Shown here: positions 61,011-64,000 of the stretch, piece by piece
Position numbering within the stretch: the first letter of the stretch is position 1
Layout: each line of letters starts with the position of its first letter
Assembly: GCA_028534125.1 (NCBI GenBank)
Contig: CM052816.1
Coordinates: forward strand, 51,400,001 to 51,464,000
Direction of reading: 5' to 3'
Origin: Lama glama
Lineage: Eukaryota
DNA length: 64,000 bases
Position numbers and translations under genes: made by a program
The notes under the pieces: model-generated
What the model was told of the DNA's origin: nothing
Database searches by the model: none
The model's input: only the letters and a program-made list of their open reading frames with translations

Positions 61011-63469
61011 AATCCTATTTGCTTTTGCTTTATTAAAAAATGAAAAATCCGTACTCTTTTCTCATTTTGGAAAACATATAAAGAAGAAAGTATCAATTAT
61101 AATGCTACCATCTAAAGATAATTATTATTTGCATCTTAATGAATACTCAATAGTCTTGTTTCTATGCATAACTACATACACATATTTTAAACATATTAAT
61201 GGTGAGTATGTCCTTTAAAAACAAACAAAAAAAATTAAATCTAACTAACACTGATATAACCCAAGAAGCATTAAAAGGAAAACTTATGTTGAGTCTTCTT
61301 TCTAAAATTCCTATGTAAATTTATTGTTCGGAAATCAGAACACATTTTTCCCATAGAAACAATGTTCAGATGATTGACAGGTTATCAATTCAGGCCACAA
61401 AACAAAACAAAACAAAACCCTATTAGCCCTCTGACCTGCGCCTTTTGCAAAACCCTTTTAAGGGAGCACAATCCCCACACATTTATTCCCTCTATAAGCT
61501 TTGGGTCTCTTAAAACCCAACAAGGAGAGAGACAGGATGGAGCTGGTGGGCAAAGATGGAGAAGCCCTAGCAAGAGCAGGAGACTAAAGTCATTCAGGAG
61601 CCCCACATCAACACTGACTCTGGGGTTCCTGTGTGTGAGCTTAAGTCAAGTGGGCTCCAGCAGTAGGAGAACTGAGGAGTAACAGCTATTTGTTTACTGT
61701 GTTAACATTTATTAATGTCTACATTACGTTCTCAAAGTAGTTCTACTGAGGCTGAATTTCAGGAGATCCAATCTCGGGGTCATCATGTAATCCAAGAAAC
61801 ATGGTGCAGCAATAATCTCAAAATAATTTAAATACATGCTTCTCTCAAACACTGTGTTGTCACTACATAGTCTACAGAAGTATTTTGTTTAAATCTCCTT
61901 TTGCTCTCCTGTTGGCTTCATCCTATAGCTTTTCCAGGATTTCCTTCTCTAAACCTGTAAATCTTTTTTCCTAGCCACATCCCATATGCTTTTTTTCTTC
62001 TCCCCTTTCTCCCAGTTCTGCCTTCCCTAAGCCCAAAGAAGCACCCTGGCAATGGCAGAACCATTTCTGAGTAGACAGGGGCAAGGGAAAGGCTGGAAAG
62101 GCTTCCACATACCAACCACCATCACATCTCCTAGGCGTAAGTCTCCTAAGTCAGGAAGAACCTGTGTAACTGGAAAGACTTCTGGGAACTCGTGGAAGCT
62201 AGGGAAAGATAAGATAGTCGTAAGAATGGGCTTTTATTTTTGCATGTAAAGATAGTAGATACGTGAGAAGGTATTGTAGAAGCAAGTCATTTTCAGGAAC
62301 TTTTCATCCTATTGCCTTTGAGCCTCCATTATGAACTGTTCAGCAAACCGACTCAGCCCTGTGCTTGAGGGGGACCTAGGTTTGGAATTCCTGGGGAGCT
62401 GGAGGTCAGCAGGGAGCTGTTTGGTGGTGCAAAGCAGGGAAGCCTGCACGGGAGCCGGTCATGCTGTGCTGATCTTTTGGTCTGATACTTGTTTTTAGTT
62501 TCACTTTCTTTTAATTATGGTCTCTCCATCTCTGACCTGAACAGCACCATTCTTCTGGTTTATTAGTTAATTTTAATGATAACAGCACATTACCATTAGA
62601 GTGGCTTCTCAGGTCACAGTGTATTGCAGGGAGCAGATTGTTAATTAAATGGTAATGTTTTCTGAATTTGAAAGTAATTCCTAAAGTTAATAGTTATTAG
62701 TTACCTTGAAATTGTAAAAAAAAAAAAAAAAAACAACCCAAAAACAAAAAAACAAAAAAAAACTTCAGTGTATAAAATCAGTACATAATTAGCATGCTGC
62801 CCTCCAAGAAGCAGAGCACATCACATTCTGTCCAAAAGGAACAGCTTTGCTGATGAGGCACTGACATAGTTAAGAGAAACCATGAATCACAAGGGGCCAG
62901 GAAAATGGTGCTGCCCAGCTCACATTCAGAAGCAGCATAATTTATGAAGCACTGAGGACAGTGGGAGGTAGGCTGTCAGAAATGCTAAGTTCTCTGTGGA
63001 ATTATTACATTCCCTTTGAAAGATTGGATGTCATTGAAACGAGGTAATCTGGGGAAGCTTGGAGTTTCTGTGCAACTGGGAAAAGTGCAAAGATACTTGG
63101 AAATGAAGCCAGATTTCTTCAGCCCTTTTCCCACTGGAAATCACGCCCAAGGTCTTATGAAAACAGACTTTCTTTTCAAACATCAAGAGGAAATACTTGG
63201 AGAAGGACACCCATGGCACCTGGAAACTTCCGGACCCACCGATACCAGCATGGTCAGAGCTCTGCAGAGACTGCATCAACTCTGCCTTTAAGATCTACGT
63301 TTTCTTTGTCCCTCAGCACACTCTTTTCAATTATTTAAGATCACATATTGTCTATGGGCCCAAGGGAAAGAGAGGATGTAAAAATTAACAATATATGTCG
63401 ATGACTTCAGCAAACTTATTATCAGTTATTACTTTTATTATTATTCCTTTTGATAAGTAATCATTTCTA

Positions 63470-63700
63470 ACATTTATCATTGGCTGCTTACTGAAGTGCT
63501 GAAAACAGTGTTGAGGGCTTTGCATAGGTTATTTTATTTAATCGTGCCCTAAACATAAGAACCACCTTCAATTTTGAGATGGGGAAACTGAGGCTTAGAT
63601 GAAGCAACTTGCCCAAGATCACACAATTTATCAAAGGTGGAGCCTATATTCCAGTCATTTCCTTTAGCTGTTATGAAGGCATTAAGTTTTAATCCAATAA
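63470..63700 (-). mobile_element. MIR SINE
   Basis: gatggggaaactgaggcttagatgaagcaacttgcccaagatcacac. Confidence 0.85.
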
Positions 63701-64000
63701 AAAGATCAAGATGACTAAATCTACTTGACATTTTGGAAGGGAATGTGATTCACCTTGAAGGAGCACACTCTGGATTTTGGCATAGCAGACTGGCTGTTTC
63801 TTTTTGTCAAGTCATTTTTATACAATTCCCGTCCGGTCCATAACAGCTCTGTGGCATGTACTCTCTGAATATAGATGAAATCACTCTACTGTTAACATCT
63901 CAGTGGAATGTTCCCTCAACAAGAGAGAAAGTTTATTCCACTTTGGGAAGTGACATCTGCAAACTATTCCAAAACCACCTCTTACTACTTTCAGACCCTT

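Noticed and set aside
62716..62762. A-rich tract as the tail of a retrocopy
   Set aside because: No TSD, upstream poly(A) signal or element body was found.
1..64000. CRISPR arrays, operons or other prokaryotic/phage systems
   Set aside because: The sequence is clearly mammalian; there are no regularly spaced repeat-spacer arrays and no dense ORFs.

Overview
Mammalian nuclear genomic DNA, most likely a camelid (Camelus/Vicugna). This is inferred from three copies of a tRNA-derived SINE resembling the camelid Vic-1 family and a young L1 3' end. There are no prokaryotic features and no protein-coding exon I can name. A CpG-island promoter at ~4.45-5.25 kb faces the minus strand, with a probable non-coding first exon (donor at 4876) and a 43-nt second exon (2778-2820) of an unidentified gene that continues off the left edge. 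The remaining ~59 kb upstream is rich in ancient eutherian repeats (MIR, L2, L1M, MLT1/MLT2, LTR16/33, MER5/20/63/102, Charlie, Tigger) and microsatellites, and contains a 500-N gap. The most notable observations are: (i) a chain of well-formed minus-strand exon candidates (59.1, 57.1, 56.8, 20.4 kb) that can be spliced in frame into a speculative 167-codon ORF ending in the 43-nt exon; (ii) a ~45-nt EIF1 3'-UTR retrocopy with 13-bp target-site duplications; (iii) a SINE carrying a 3' read-through extension inside its TSDs; (iv) an L1 reduced to its two ends; (v) an inverted duplication inside an MLT2 LTR. Repeat subfamily names come from remembered consensus sequences and their boundaries are approximate.
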